Shown: positions 30,291-45,179 of the stretch, piece by piece
How positions within the stretch are numbered: position 1 is the stretch's first letter
Layout: the number at the start of each line of letters is the position of its first letter
NCBI RefSeq assembly: GCF_009914755.1
Contig: NC_060947.1
Reading direction: 5' to 3' (one strand)
Origin: the human T2T-CHM13v2.0 reference genome, Homo sapiens
DNA length: 64,000 nt
Translations under genes and position numbers: made by a program
Notes under the pieces: model-generated
What the model was told of the DNA's origin: nothing
What the model saw: only the letters and a program-made list of their open reading frames with translations
Database searches by the model: none

Positions 30291-31138
30291 CCACAAAATT
30301 TCAGTAGTTTCCTCATTTGTTTTAAAACTTTTGGATTTCAGATACAAGCACATTAATTAGTGAGTTTATCAAGGTCACCTGGAAAAAGTCAAGATTGAGA
30401 AATATTTCTATTTCTGTAAAATGATAAGAAATTTTGCAAATAAAATTAAAAATGTCATTTAACATAGCAAGAAAAATCATCAAGTACTTAGAATTAAATC
30501 TAATGAAAGATATGACAAACCATTATACCTGAAACAACAAAACATTTCTGAGAGACATTGAAAAAGATTTAAATAAACAGAAAAACATAGCATGGTTATG
30601 GATTGATCGGAGGACACAATAGTGTTATGATGTCGATTCGTCCAAAATTGATCTATAAAGTAAAGGCATTCTCAGTCAAATCACTGCAGTGTGTGTGAGT
30701 GTATGTGTGTGTGTATAAACTGACAAGCTGATTATAAGATTTGAATTGAAATGCAAAAGTATTGAATAGTCAATACAGTGTTGAAAGAGAGGAAACAAAG
30801 TTGGAGGTCTTATGCTCCTGGACTTCAAGACTACTTATAAACCCATAATGGTTAAAGCAGTGTAGTACTGATGAAAGGATTGACAAATAGACCAACAGTA
30901 CAGAAAAGAGAGTCCAGAAACAGGCCCACATATATAGAGTCACTTGACTTATAACTAAGATTTCACTGTAATTAAGTGGGGGAAAGAATAATTTTATTAA
31001 ATAAATAATGTCAGAGTAATTGAATTTTTATATGAAAGAAAATGGACCTTGATACCGATGTCAAACTATACACAAAAATAAAATTTAAATGGACCGTGGA
31101 CCTAAATGTGAAAAATGAAACAATGGGCACTTTTAGAT

Positions 31139-31350
31139 CAGACTATGGCTCTTAGGCCAAATCCAGACTTCTGCCTCTTTTTGTAAATAAAATTTTAACA
31201 GAACACAACCAGCCCATTCATTTGTGTATTGTTATGATTGCTTTCATGCTACAATGGCAGAGTTGAGTAGTTATGAAAGAGACTACATGGCCTGCAAAGC
31301 CATATGTATTTACTATCCAGTATTTTACAGAAAAAAATTGTCAAACTCTG
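31139..31350 (+). mobile_element. MER58A hAT MITE
   Basis: ggccaaatcc...tttttgtaaataaaatttta...gctacaatggcagagttgagtagtt...tttacagaaaaaaattgtcaaactctg; flanks ttttagat/ttctagaa. Confidence 0.85.
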
Positions 31351-31669
31351 TTCTAGAAGAAAACAGGAGTATACCTTTATGACTATGGAGTGGTATTTTA
31401 AAAATTTTATATAAGGAAAAAACCCATAAAACAAGACCATATAAGATTAACTAAAGAAATAAATTTGACTCCATTAAGTTAAGAACACCTTTTTATCAGG
31501 ATTGGTGTCTAGACTGTAACAAAAACTCTTAGGTATCATTAAGAAAAAAAGACAAGTTATCCAATTTAAAAATGAACAAAGGATTTGAATGCATACTTCT
31601 CCACAGAAGGATACACAAGTGGCTGATAATCATATGTAAAGATGCTCAATATCGTTAGTCAAGAACATA

Positions 31670-32420
31670 AACAAAACCACAACGTGATATCCATTTGATA
31701 TCCATTAGGATGGCTCTAATTAAAAAGACAGAAAATAACAAGTGTAGGCAAATATGTGGAGAAATTAGACTCTTAATACACCGCCGGTAGGAATGTAAAC
31801 TGGTCTGTGCATTCTCTTTGGAAAACAACTTGGCTGTTCCTCAAAAAGTTAAACAAATAGTTACCACATGATCCAGCAATTTCACTTCTAGATATAAATC
31901 CAAGAAAATAGAAAAATATGCCCACAGAAAAACTCATACATGAATGTTTATAATAGCATTATTCATAATAGTGAAAAAGCAGAAACCACGCAAATATCCA
32001 CCAGTTGATGGATGGATAACCAAAATGTGGTATATTCATACAATGGAATACTATTTAGCCAGAAAAAGAAAAGAAGTACTGTAGATGCTACAACATGGAT
32101 GAAACTTGAAAATATTATGCTAACTTAAAGAAGCCAGATGCAAAAGGCAGCATATTGTATGATTCCATTTATATGAAATGTCCAGAATAGTCAAATCCAT
32201 AGAGACCCAAAGTAGTAGATTAATGGTTGCCAGGAGTTGGAGTCCCAGGAGAATGGGGAATGACTGCTAATGAGCATGGGGTTTCTTTTTTGCAGGAGGA
32301 AAATATTCTGGAATTATGTAGTGTTGATAGTTGTATAACTTTATGAATATTTTAAAAATCACTCAATTGCATACTTTAAAAGGATGAAAATTATAGCATG
32401 TGAATTATAGCCCATAAAAG
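31670..32420 (+). mobile_element. L1MB7-like 3' end
   Basis: aaagaagccagatgcaaaaggcagcatattgtatgattccatttatatgaaatgtccagaatag...tgactgctaatgagcatggggtttc...gtgaattatagcccataaaa. Confidence 0.8.
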
Positions 32421-32989
32421 TTACCAAAACTATGTAATCATGGTTACATGTAAGAAATTGAAGTTATACTAATCCATGGATCAGCTAAATAGATAAAATA
32501 AAGTAAAAAACAGTAATTTTGTTTAGATGACCCAACATACACGTACAAAAAACCCGCAATGAAATATCACCATACACTCACCAAAATGGTAAAAATTCAA
32601 AATACCTAATAGCAACTGTTGGCAAGCATGTAGAATAATTGAAGCTTTCATATATTGGTGATGGAAGTGTAATTTTATGCAGCAACTCTGAATAAATTTA
32701 GTTGATACTGTTTGGCATCTTCTTAACATATGCTAAATATATTACAGAAGCTTATATTAGAAAAAGTTAAATATATGGTTATCCTATGACCCAGAAATTC
32801 TACTTCCACATATATAGCCAAGAGAAATGAGTGGATATGTTCACAAAAAGACTCATAAAATAATGGTCATTTTGCTTGGTACAAGTGGAAACCTTGTTTC
32901 AGATTAGCAACAGTTGAGGACTTACATCTTGGTATTATTGTTCTACTAGTATCTCAGCCTTCAATCTTTCACTTCTTCAATCTAAACAA

Positions 32990-33556
32990 AATAGTTTTGT
33001 TTCCTTACATTTTCATTCATTGTTCTGCTTAAAATCCTTCAATGGCTCCCAACTGTATAAAGCAGTGGCTTTCCACTCTGGCTGCAGTTAGAATAACCAG
33101 GGAGCTTTTAAAAATGGCCTTTACTCATCATAGCTCAATAAATCAGAATCTTGGGAGGGTGGTGTTCGGGTACAGGCATTTGTTTCTTAACTCTACACTT
33201 TACAGTATCATGCACCAAGAAGAAACACACACTCAATTACTTAGTATCTGAACGGTTTCTCCATGCTGCTATGTTGCTCCCTCTTGTCTTATCTTTCTTG
33301 GGAGCTATTAGCCTTCGTACAAGACTCAGTTTAAATATAATCTCTTCGTGAAGCCACCACCTATTTCCACTGTCCCCAAGCAGAGTTAGATTCTTCATAG
33401 CCACCTCCTATAGCATCTATCACTTACTATTGTAATTATAACAGAGCAAGAGTTTCATCAGGCAGGTCCTGCACTTTATTTATATTTTTATCTCTAGTGT
33501 CTAGTAGAGTGTACAGGACAACGTTCAATAAAACTTGAATGAATGAATAAATGAAT
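32990..33556 (+). mobile_element. L2 3' end with nested MER5A (~33062-33200)
   Basis: ctgcttaaaatccttcaatggctccc; tail ttgaatgaatgaataaatgaat; MER5A cagtggctttccactctggctgcagttagaataaccagggagctttt. Confidence 0.75.
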
Positions 33557-36500
33557 CTCTAATTGTGAGACTTTGCAGGAATAAGTCCCCTGATTGCCTG
33601 CAGTTAATTTAATAGAACTGGCTATCTCCTAAAAAAGAATTTATGTACTGAAAACGTGTGGGAAAATACAAAAATAGAAATCAACATGGGTTAAGAAGTT
33701 CATTCAAGCAAGGTAAAGTTCAATGAAACATACATAGAATAATCCTTCAAAAATATTACATGCAATTGTGTAAAAACTACTTGCAGCAAATATGGTATTC
33801 TTGGTGAAAGTAGGGAAAGCAACGATAGATACTGCATACATCAAAAGTATTATGTTGACATCAATGAGAGCTTCTTAGACAAAGCTGACTCCTGTGTGAA
33901 GGAAGCCTGTGGAAAGATAATTCTGAAAATTTTACATCCCTTGAGAATGATTTCTGAACATCACTTTTGAACAAAAAATTGTGTAAAAATTGAAGGACAA
34001 AAATCAGACATAGTTTCTTTTTACAATTTCTCCATTTTCCCCACTGCAGGATGGATTGCAGCAAAAGGAGATGAAGTAAATGGGCAGTCTACGTAGGATG
34101 AAAATGGAGTGTGCTTCTTTTTCTAAGCCCAGCAACTCAGGATCCTTTACTGATTTGTAGAATGATTATAAGCACTGCCACAATCAAATCTAGCAGAAGG
34201 TAATTCTAACAGAGTCTTTTGAAGAGATGATCTTAACAAATATTTACCTCATCATTTGGTCATTTGATGGAAACAAAACAGAATCATTTCACTCATTCTA
34301 ATCTGGTGCCGAATTATCAAGGTAAGGAGACAACCTAAACTTTAATGCTTCCTTTGGCAGTATATGCAGTCATAGAATAAATTCTCTAAATCCAAAGCAA
34401 TACTCTAGCACTATAGATTCCTTTAAAATTCTTAATCGTACATAGCATTGCTAAATTTCCTTACTTATACTGTGTAAGAATATGCCCTGCGCTTTTTTGT
34501 CACTGGCAATGCTTTAAGAAAACTTGTGAAAGGATTTAGTATCCTGCTTTGAAGCTTTAACACAAACTTGGGGACTGTGAGGATTACTGCTGCTGCTGAT
34601 GGCAAGACTAGAAAAGTATCATATTTGTCTCCTTGTCCTCACTGACTCTCTGGTAAAATTTTTCAGGCTTATTTTTTATTCTTCCCTTTGTCTTTCATTT
34701 TTTTCCACCTTATTGTTCCTGGGTATGGGCTCTTGCAAGGCTCTGTGAGACCCACTCCATTTTATTCTGGAAAACACAAAGAATAAGGTGAATTGTTCAT
34801 TAATCTGCAGCACTTTCACAATCACAACTCCAGCTTTCCAGTTTTATTGGGCACCATATAGCCACTGTGCTGTTTTGATAGGAGGCATATTGAGTATACT
34901 GGTTTGACCCAGAATATTATTGCCACAGCTCTCTGACAGGGATTCGTATTGCACTATCTCTCCTTGTCATTTCCAAAGCAACTTTTGCCACATGGGGGTG
35001 AAGACTGCAAGGTTAGGATGCTTTTTTTCCTGAAAACTTGACTGCACGCTTTTCAGTCTATGGCCTCACTGCGAAGCAGCGTGGATTAGTATCTTGACAT
35101 AACCCATTCAGCATTCGCTTCTAGTTCTTCCAGTGAAATTCGTAGCCATTCTTCATTTGTTATTTAATTTTCCATGGTTTTAAATTAAGTTATTGAAGAA
35201 AGACACTACTCAAACACAGTTTTATGTATTAGAAGCTTCATTTCTGTTTTTAAAATGTTTGAATACATTTGCTTAAATGTCAAAAACAGAAATAGAGAAT
35301 TGCATAGTATTCTGATCAACATATCAACTGATGAAATCAGTTTCTTTGTTATTTTGAGGGAATGCTGTATGTAAGGTATTGTATCTTTGAGCCAAAGGAT
35401 TATTTTTATTCTTAATCTTGATAGTACGATGTTATGAGCTATCCCTGGGGTTTTGGGAAGTGCGGAGTGTAAGGTTGTAAAGTTGCAGAATATGAAAATA
35501 TAAATGTATATATGTTACCTTTTCACACTTTGCAAACTGGCATCTACTCATTGCATTTTTTGGCCCGTAAATGGGTTATTTCCTTATTACATTAGTCTTG
35601 TAGTTCTTAAGTATGATAGAAGGTAGTCACCCCAGAAGAAAAAAAAATCCATATACAATGATTCCTTCCAACTTTGCTGACAGACTATTCTTTAACTTTT
35701 CCTTAGTTTTGGATTCTGACAATGCCAGTCTATCCCTATACGGGTCCAGGGAGAATAGTACTTTTTAAAATGGGGTCAAGATAGAAGTAAGAATTCTCTA
35801 GAATCTCAGATTGCAGAAGTGTGAAGGTTTGAAGGCAATTAAATGCCACTTTGCACCATTTTTAATACTGCCATGCACAAAATGAAAAGGTTAGCTAGAG
35901 AAATTGTTTTACTTGACCTCATTAATACCTATTCTTCGTTTAAAGTGCTCTGAGGTATTGGTCACATGAAGTATGACTTGAATTACCATGATTTTTACCT
36001 ATCACTTACAGAACATTTCAACAACATAACTTGCCTTTCAGCTCTACTTGAGCAATAATGCTAAAGCATTGGAAGGTATACATTGAACCAAATACCGTTG
36101 TGGGAGTAGATTCTCATGCTATCAATAAAATGGATAAAGGATTCAGAATTTCATGTCAGAATTCAAAGCTATGTGATTATGTGCATTTGATTCTGGTAAG
36201 TGTAAATGACAAAGTCCAGACATTTATTTTACAACTGCAAAATAAAACTAGTGGATTTTGAAAGATTTTGTGATCCTCTAACTGGTGAATTACCCTATCA
36301 AATATTTTTCTTATTTATAAAGTGTGGCAAAATAGCCTCTGTCTAACATTTCCCAGAACTAAAAACAGCTAATCTTTACAGATAATAATCTGCTTATAAA
36401 AAATGCAATGTCTTACTGTCTTGACATATAGCATCCAGTGTAAGGTAAGCTAAGGGGAAGTACCATGCTGGAAAAAGTCCATATTTTCACAGATGAAATA

Positions 36501-38402
36501 ATTTTTTAAATGGTATTTCAGATATAGCAGGGTTATATTTTTTAGTGTACCCTATTTTATAGGCCCTAGAATCAAAACACTAAGCCCACATATATATTTG
36601 TAAATAGCAGGGAGATAGACAGATTATTTTAGCCCAGTTAAATTCAGGTGCCCTACTCTAATAGAAGTAAACTTAAGCACAGCTTTGTACTCCTTTCTTT
36701 TAGCTGTAACTTGATACCTATAACATTTTCATTTAAATTATTTCACAATACACAGGCAGAAACTTTCTTGCTAAGTATGAAACTGCCAAAACCAGGCTCT
36801 ATAAGTTCACACTTTGTAGAGGATGTTAATTGAAAGTGAAAACCCAAAACAATGCAGCTCAATTAAGCTCTTGAAGAAAACATGGAAATCACAAATCAGG
36901 TAGGCCCTGTGAAGAAGGCAGAGATTTTACCACTTTAAGCTTTGTCTTTTCTTCCTTCGTCACATTTTTGAAGTGGGTTCTAAAAAAGTGTTTCTCACTA
37001 AGACACTTCATCTTTTTGAAGGTTTTGGAAAAATGTCCCATGTTTTAAACTGATCATCACAAATTATCAATTAGATTTGTAGATACTGATGATTGACAGC
37101 TTCTCTATATACTATAAAACAGGAGTTTGAAACATAAAACTAGTAAGAAGAATGGTCTGACTCAGCCAATCAGAATTATAAATTATTTGTTTTGGTGATA
37201 TTCGATGCAATGGCTATAATAGAACTTATCTGAAATATTATCATGATTCAAAATGCCTTGAAATTTTCAACTTATTCTTGGAAACATTTGGGGAGTTCTG
37301 ACTTCAAGTTTCATTTATTGTTAGCGGAGGAGTATGCATTCTTACATTTTGAGTGGCCAGTTTTTTAGGTGTTGTTAACTAACAAAAACTATATCTCGTA
37401 TGTGTAATAACACCACAATATTTATTTTCACAGGGGCTAAAGATAGAAAGATTCAATAGCCAAATGAGCTACATTAAAAAAATTTATGTAACACTGAAAA
37501 AGTTTAGAATCCTCATTAGAAAACTGAGCAGATCTGATTATTAAAATAAGTATATTTTCTTCTAGATATTTTTATCAATTTTTCCATGCTTATGGGCAAA
37601 TATTGTTTCCCCAGATACATTGTTTGAAATAAAGATTTTTAGCACAAAATCTTTGTGTAAAGTTCTGAAACTTTTTTCAATTCTAACCCTAAAGAGGGAA
37701 ATACCTCTGATAGCATACTGAAAAATGTGATCTAACTTTAGGAATAAGTAGCGAGATTTTAAATACTATTAGTTAAATTTAATTCATCGTTTTTTAATAT
37801 TCTTTGTTCCCACTACCAACACTTTTCTTGTTTTTAAGCTCCAGATCTTTTATTCTGCTGAAATCTAATTTACATAGAGTGAAAGACGCAGATATTAGGT
37901 GTACAGATCAATCAGTTTTGACAAATGCTTCCTATAACTCACATACTTACTCATATATATATAGAATACTCCCAAAACCCCAAGAAAGTTTTTTTGAGCC
38001 ATGTCCCAATTAATCCTTGACTGTCCCCCTGAAGCAACTATTGCTCTGATTTCTTTCACTATCGATTAGCTTTGCATGTTCTAGAATTTCATGTAAATCA
38101 AATCATATAGCAAGAGCTCTTTGGTGACCATTTTCTTTTGCTAAGCATAATATTTTTGAGATTCATCCATGTTGTTGCATGTATCAAGAATTCATTCCTT
38201 TTTATTGTTGAGTAGAAGTCCATTGTATACACATCTCACAATTACTTTATTGTCCCGTTGACACACATTTAGGATGTTTTTAGTTTTTCCTATTTTGACT
38301 AAACCTGCTATGCATTTTCTTATATGAGGCTTTTTGTGGATATATTTTTTCATTTCTCTTGTGTAAATTTCTTGGAGTGAAACTACTGGGTCATCAGAAA
38401 GG

Positions 38403-38803
38403 TATCTTAATCTGTTTGTGCTGCTCTAACAAAATACCATGGACTAGATAATTTAGAAACAATATAAATTTATTCCTCACAGTTCTGGAAGCTAGGAAGT
38501 TCAGGATTAAGGCACCTGCAGGTTTGGTGTCTGGTGAGGGCTACTCTCTGCTTCCAAGACGGTACCTTGTCACTTCATCCTCCAGAGGACAAATGCTGTA
38601 TTCTCCCATGGCAGAAGGAATGGAAGGGCAAAAGGGGACAAATGCTAATTCCCTCCAGCCCTTTTATAAGGCTGATAATCCCATTCATGTGGGCTATGCC
38701 CACATAATTTAATTACCTCCTAAAGGCCTCACCTCTTAATACTATCACACTGGCCATTAAGTGTCAATATATGAATTTTGAGGGACACTTTCAGACCATA
38801 GCA
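38403..38803 (-). mobile_element. MSTC-like MaLR solo LTR
   Basis: gtttgtgctgctctaacaaaatacca...ggtgtctggtgagggctactctctgcttccaagacgg...cagaccatagca. Confidence 0.85.
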
Positions 38804-39166
38804 GAGGGAATATGTTCAACTTTATAAGAAACTGCTAAACTGTTTTCATACTGGTTTAACATTTTATTTATCTGCCAGCAGTGTTTGAGAGTGTCAGTTG
38901 TTCCACGTTTGCTGACATTTGGTATAGTCAGTGTTTTAAATACTAGCCATCTTGGTGAATATGTAGTGGTATTCCATCACAGTTTTAATTTGTACTGGTC
39001 AACTGTTACCTAATGACGTTGAGTACTTTTTCATTGTGCTTATTGACCATTTGTATATCTTCCTTTGTGAAATGTCTGTTCAAGCATTTTGATCATTTAT
39101 TGCTTGATTTATCTGTGTTTTAATAAGTTGAAGGTGTCTTTTATATATACTAGATTTGAGCCGTTT

Positions 39167-41428
39167 TGATATGGTTAGGCTTTGTGTCCCCACCCAAATC
39201 TCACCTTGAATTATAATTCCCATAATCCTCACATGTCAAGGGAGAGAACAGGTGGAGGTAATTGAATCATGGGGTCAGTTTCCCTCCTACTGTTCTCATG
39301 ATAGCGACTTCTCATGAGATCTGATAGTTTTATAAGGGGCCCTTCCCCCTTTGCTCAGCACTTCTCCCTCTGCCACCTTGTGAAGAAGGTGCCTTGCTTC
39401 CCCTTTGCCTTCTGCCATGATTGTAAGTTTCCCGAGGCCACTCTAGCCATGTTGAACTGTGAGTCAATTTAACAACTTTCCTTTATAAATTACCCAGTCT
39501 CAGGTATTTCCTTATAGGAATGTGGGACTGGAATAATACAGTAAATTGGTACTGCAGAGTGGGGTGCTGCTGAACAGATACCCGAAAATATGGAAGCAAC
39601 TTTAGAACTGGGTAACAGGCAGAGGTTGGAACAGTTTGGAGGACTCAGAAGAAGACAGGAAGATGTGGGAAAGTTTGGAATTTCCTAGAGACTTGTTGAA
39701 TGGTTTTGGCCAAAATGGGGATACTGATATGGACAATAAAGTCCAGGCTGAGGTGGTCTCAGAGGGAGATGAGGAACTTCTTGGGAACCGGAATAAAGGT
39801 GACTCTTGCTATGTGTTAGCAAAGAGACTGGTGGCATTTTGCCCCTGCCCTAGAGATCTGTGGAACTTTGAACTTGAGAGAGAAGATCTGAAATAGGAAC
39901 TTATGTTTAAAAGGGAAGCAGAGCATAAAAGCTTAGAAAATTTGCAGCCTGACAATGTGGTAGAAAAGAAAAACCCATTTTGTGAGGAGAAATTCAAGTT
40001 TGCTGCAGAAATTTGCATAAGTAACAAGGAGCCCAATGTTAATCACCAAGACAATGGGGAAAATGTATCCAGGGCATGTCAGAGGTCTTCACTGCAGCTT
40101 CTTCCATTACAGGCCCAGAGGCCTAGGAAGAAAACATGGTTTCATGAGCTGGGCCCAGGGCCTTGCTGCTTTGTGCAGTCTCAGGATTTGATGCCTTGCA
40201 TCCCAGTTGTGGATAAAAGGGGCCAACGTACAACTCAGGCTGTGGCTTCAGAGGGTGCAAGCCCCAACCCTTGGCAGTTTCCATGTGGTTTTGGGTCTGC
40301 TAGTGCACAGAAGTCAAGAATTGAGGTTTGGGAACCTTTGCCTAGATTTCAGTGGATGTATGGAAATGCCTAGATGTCAAGGCAGCAGTTTGCTGCAGGG
40401 ATGGAGCCCTCATGGAGAACCTCTGCTAGGGCAGTGCAAAAGGGAAATGTGAGGTTGGAGCCCCCACACAGAGTCCCCACTGGGGTACTGCCTAGTGGAG
40501 CTGTGAGAAGAGGGCCACAGTCCTCCAGACCTCAGACTGGTAGATCCACCAACATGATGCTTGCATCATAGCCTGGAAAAGCCACAGACCCTGAATGCTG
40601 GCCCAGGAAAGCAGCCAGGAGGGCGTTTTACCCTGCAAAGTCACAAGGGCAGAGATGCCCAGGGCCAGGGGACCCCACCTCTTGCATCAGTGTGACCCAG
40701 ATGTGAGACATGGAGTCAAAGTAGATTATTTCAGTGCTTTAAGATTTGACTGCTCTGCTGGATTTTGGACTTGCATGGGACCCGTAGCCCCTTCATTTTG
40801 GCCAATTTCTCCCATTTGAAATGGGTGTATTTGCTCAATGCCTGTACACCCATTGTATCTAGGAAGTAACTAACTTGCTTTTGATTTTACAAGTTCATAG
40901 GTTGAAGGGTCTTGCCTTGTCTCAAATGAGACTTTGGGCTTGGACTTTTGGTTTAATGCTGGAATGAATTAAGATTTTGGGGGACTGGTGGTAAGGCATG
41001 ATTGGTTTTGAAATTTGAAAGGGAGATGAGATTTGGAGGGGCTGAGGACAGAATGATATGGTTAGGCCTTGTATCCTCACCCAAATCTCATCTTGAATCA
41101 TAATCTCCATAATCCCCACATGTCAAGGGAAAGAACAGGTGGAGGTAATTGAATCACGGGGGCAGTTTCCCTCATGCTGTTCTCGTGATAGTGAGTTCTC
41201 ATGAGATCTGATGGTTTTATAAGGGGCTCTTCACCCTTCGCTCAGCACTTCTCCCTTCTGCCACCTTGTGAAGAAGGTGACTTGCTTCACCTTCACGTTC
41301 TGCCATGATTGTAAATTTTCTGAGGACTTCCCAGCCATGTGGAACCATGAGACAATTAAACTTCTTTCCTTTATAACTTACCCAGTCTCACATATTTCCT
41401 TATAGCAATGTGAGAATGGACTAATACA
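39167..41428 (+). mobile_element. Complete THE1D-like MaLR element (LTR 39167-39540, internal 39541-41053, LTR 41054-41428)
   Basis: Both LTRs run tgatatggttaggc...taataca; THE1-int has a short internal deletion near 39890 relative to the element at 19.7-22 kb; TSD cgttt/ccttt. Confidence 0.93.
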
Positions 41429-43547
41429 CCTTTATTAGTTATGTGTTACAACTATATTCACCCCATCTGTAGTTTGACTATTCATTTTTTATTGTTATCT
41501 TTTAATGAAAAGAAGACTCTGATTTTCTTGAATTCCAATTCCAATTTATCCTTTTTTTTTTTCTTTTTTAGTTAACAATTTCTGGATACTGTCAAGAAAA
41601 TATTTTTCTACCACACCATTGTGAAGAGATTCTCCTATGTTTATTCCTAGATGATTTATAATTTAACTTTTATGTTTAGCTCTATGATTCATCTAGAATA
41701 TATATGTATGATATGAAGTAGGAGCTGTGTGTCATTGTTTCATACATGTGTCCAGTTATTCCAGCATCATTTGTTGAAACAACTTTCCTTTATCCATGGA
41801 ATTGTCTTGGTGCCTTTGTAAAATATCAATAGGCTGTACAAGTATGGATCTAATATAGTCTATATTATCTTCCATTGATTGATCTGTCTGTATTTAACCT
41901 ACTACCACGCTGTCTTGATAGCTGTAAATTTATAATAAGCCTTGATATCAGATAGCATCGGTCTTCCAATTTTGTCTTACCTTTTTGCAAGATAGGTTTG
42001 GCTGTTTTGGGTCATTTGCTTTTCCACATATATTTTAGAATTAGGTTCTCTTTTGGTTTAATAAAAAAGGCTGCTGGGATTTCAATTAAGATTACATTGA
42101 AACTGCAGATCAATTTTTGGAAAACTGACACGTTAACCCTATTGAGTGTTCTGATCCATAAACACTGCCAGTCTTCCGGTTATTTAGGTCTCCTTTAGTT
42201 TTTCTCAGCAATGTGTTGTAGTTTTCAGTGTAGAGGTCTTGCACATATTTAAATGAGTTCACTTCTAAGTATTTTATCTTATTGAACTTATTGCAAATGT
42301 TAATATTTTTAATTTCATTGTTAATTGTTGCTAATATATAAATATAATTGCTTTCTGGATATTGCCTTGTATGACTTTGCTAAATTCACTTATTAGTGCA
42401 TGTGGCTTTTCTGTAGATTTCTTGGCATATTCCACAGGCCAAATTATGTCATTTTCATATACAGGCTGTTCAGTTTTTTTCCTTTTCAATATTTTTGGTT
42501 TTTATTTTTTTCCTTGCCTTATTTCACTGGCTGGGGCCCCCAGTAAAAGCAGACTTCCAGAACTTGCTTCCAATTTTAGGGGAGAAGCATTCAATCTTTT
42601 GCCATTGAGTTTGATACTAGCTATGTGTTTTGGTATATGTCTTTTGTCAAATTGAGGGACTTTCTCATTCTTGAGTTTTTACTACAAATGCCTGTTGAAT
42701 TTTGTAAAATGCTTCTTCTGCATCTATTGAGGTGATCTTGTATTTTTTTTCTTGATTATTCTCTTTCAAGTGTTGAATTGCATTGACCTATTTTCTCCTG
42801 TTAGTCCAACCTTGAATTACTGAGATAAATCCTTCTTGATCACAATGTCTTATTGTTTTTCTATCTTGCTATATTCAATTTATGGATATTTTGTTGTTAA
42901 GGATAATTTGTATGTATATTTATAAGGAAAATTAGGTTGTGGTTTTCTTCTAATGTCTTTGCCTCACTAATAGCAGGATAATACTCACCTTATAAAATGA
43001 ATTGGGAAATGTCACTCTTCTATTTTCTGACAGAATTTATATAATATTAATATTATTCCTTGTTTAAATATTTACTACAACTTACCATTAAAGCCATGTA
43101 GAAACATTTTAAATCACCACATCATCTTATTTGTTAGATATATATCGATTTCAATAAAACAATTATTGTATCAATCTTTGTAATTTGTGTCATTCAATTA
43201 ATTTGCCCATTTTATCAAATTGTAACATTTATTGTAATCAAGATGTTCATAAAACATCCCAATATCCTGGCAATATCTGTAGGATTTATAAAAATGTTCT
43301 CCTTTCTTGTTTGTTATCGATAATTTGTGGGTTTCTTTTTTCCCTTTCTAGTCTACCTAGAGTTTATTAAATTCAGGGGCTTTTCATAAAATAACTTTTT
43401 TTTTTTTGCTTTGATTTACTCTATTGTCTGTTCCTTTTCTGTTTTATTCATTTCAGCTGTAACTTTATAAGTCTTTTCTTCTACTTTTGAGTTTTAATTT
43501 AGTCATCTTTTTCAGCTCATTTAGGAGTACACTTAATTGATTTGTTT

Positions 43548-45178
43548 TTCAGATTTTATGTTAGATTTAGGGGGTATATGTGCAGGTTTGTTACTGTGGT
43601 ATATTGCATGATGCTGAGGTTTGGGGTATGAATGATCCCATCACCCAGGTACTGAGAATAGTACCCCCAAAGTTAGTTTTTCAAACTTTGCCCCCTCCCT
43701 CCTTCCTTTCTCTAGGAGTCCCCAGTTTCTATTGTTGCCATCTTTATTTCCATATGTACCCAATGCTTAACTCCCACTTGTAAGTGAGAACATGTGGTAC
43801 TTGGTTTTCTGTTTCTGTGTTAATTCACTTAGGATAATGGCCTCCAGTTGCATCCATGTTGCTGCAAACGACATGATTTCATTCTTTTTATATACTGCAT
43901 AGTATTCCATGCTGTATATGTATTACATTTTCTTTATCCAATCAACCATTGATGGGCACCTAGGTTGATTCCATGTCTTTTTGCTATTGTGAATAATACT
44001 GTGATGAATATGTGAGTGTATCTGTGTTTTTGGTGGAAGTACTTGTTTTATTTTGGATATATACCCAATAATGGGCTTGCTGGGCTGAGTTGAAAGTAGT
44101 TGTGTTTTAAATTCCTTGAGAAATCTCCAAACTGCTTTCCACAGGGACTGAACTAATTTACATTCCCACCACCAGTGTATAAATGTTCCCTTTTCTCCAT
44201 AGTCTATCCAGCATCTGTTATTTTTTGACTTTTAATAATAGCTATTCTGACTGGTGTGAGATGGTATCTCATTGTGGTTTTCATTTGCATTTCTCTGATG
44301 ATTAGTGATGAGGATTTTTTCATATGTTTGTTGGCTGCTTGTATGTCTTCTTTTAAGAAGTGTCTTTTCATGTCTTTTTTACATTTTTTAATGGCTTTAT
44401 TTGTTTTTGCTTGTTGATTTGTTTAAGTTCCGTATATATTCTGGATATTAGACCTTTGTTAGATGCATAGTTTGCAAATATTTTCTCCCATTCTATAGGC
44501 TGTCTGTTTACTCTGTTGATTGTTTCTTTTGCTATGCAGAAGATGTTTAGTTTACTTAGGTCCCACCTGTCAATTTTTGTTTTTGTTGCAATTGCTTTTG
44601 AGGACTTAAGTCACAAATTCTTTCTAGAAGTCCATGTCCAGAATGGTGTTTCCTAGGTGTTCTTCTAGGAGTCTTATAGTTTCAGGTCTTACATTTAAAT
44701 ATTTAATCCACCTCGAAATTAATTTTTGTATACGGTGAAAAGTAGGGGTCCAGTTTCATTCTGCTGCATATGGTTAGCCAGCTATCAAAGCACCACTTAT
44801 TGAACAAGCAGTCCTTTCCCCATTCCTATTGACTTTGTTGAAGATCGAATGATTGTAGGTTTGTGGCTTTATTTCTGCATTCTGACACTGGTCTATGTGT
44901 CTATTTTTGTACCAGTACCATGCTGTTTTGGTTACTGTAGACTTATAGGATAGTTTGAAGTCAAGTAAGGTGATGCCTCCAGCTTTGTTGTTTTTGCTTA
45001 GGATCACTTTGTCTATTCAAGCTCTTTTTTGATTTCACATGAATTTTAGAATATTTTGTTCTAGTTCTGTGAAAAATGACGTTGGTAGTTTAATAGGAAT
45101 ATCCTTGAAACTGACTGCTCTGCGCAGTGTGGCCACTTTAATGATATTGATTCTTCCAGTCCATGAGCATGAAATGTT
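43548..45178 (-). mobile_element. L1PA15/16-like 5'-truncated element
   Basis: gggggtatatgtgcaggtttgttac...atgatgctgaggtttggggtatgaatgatcccatcacccagg; ORF2 C-terminal remnant [17 protein letters not shown]...[13 protein letters not shown] (44774-45007). Confidence 0.88.
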
Positions 45179-45179
45179 C

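Larger units (their letters stand above)
30335..32875 (+). mobile_element. Old L1M (L1ME-like) ORF2 3' region, with nested MER58A and L1MB7-like inserts
   Basis: aaactgacaagctgattataagatttgaattgaaatgcaaa; gagagtccagaaacaggcccacatatat; homology resumes at ~32545 (caatgaaatatcaccatacactcaccaaaatgg). Confidence 0.75.
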
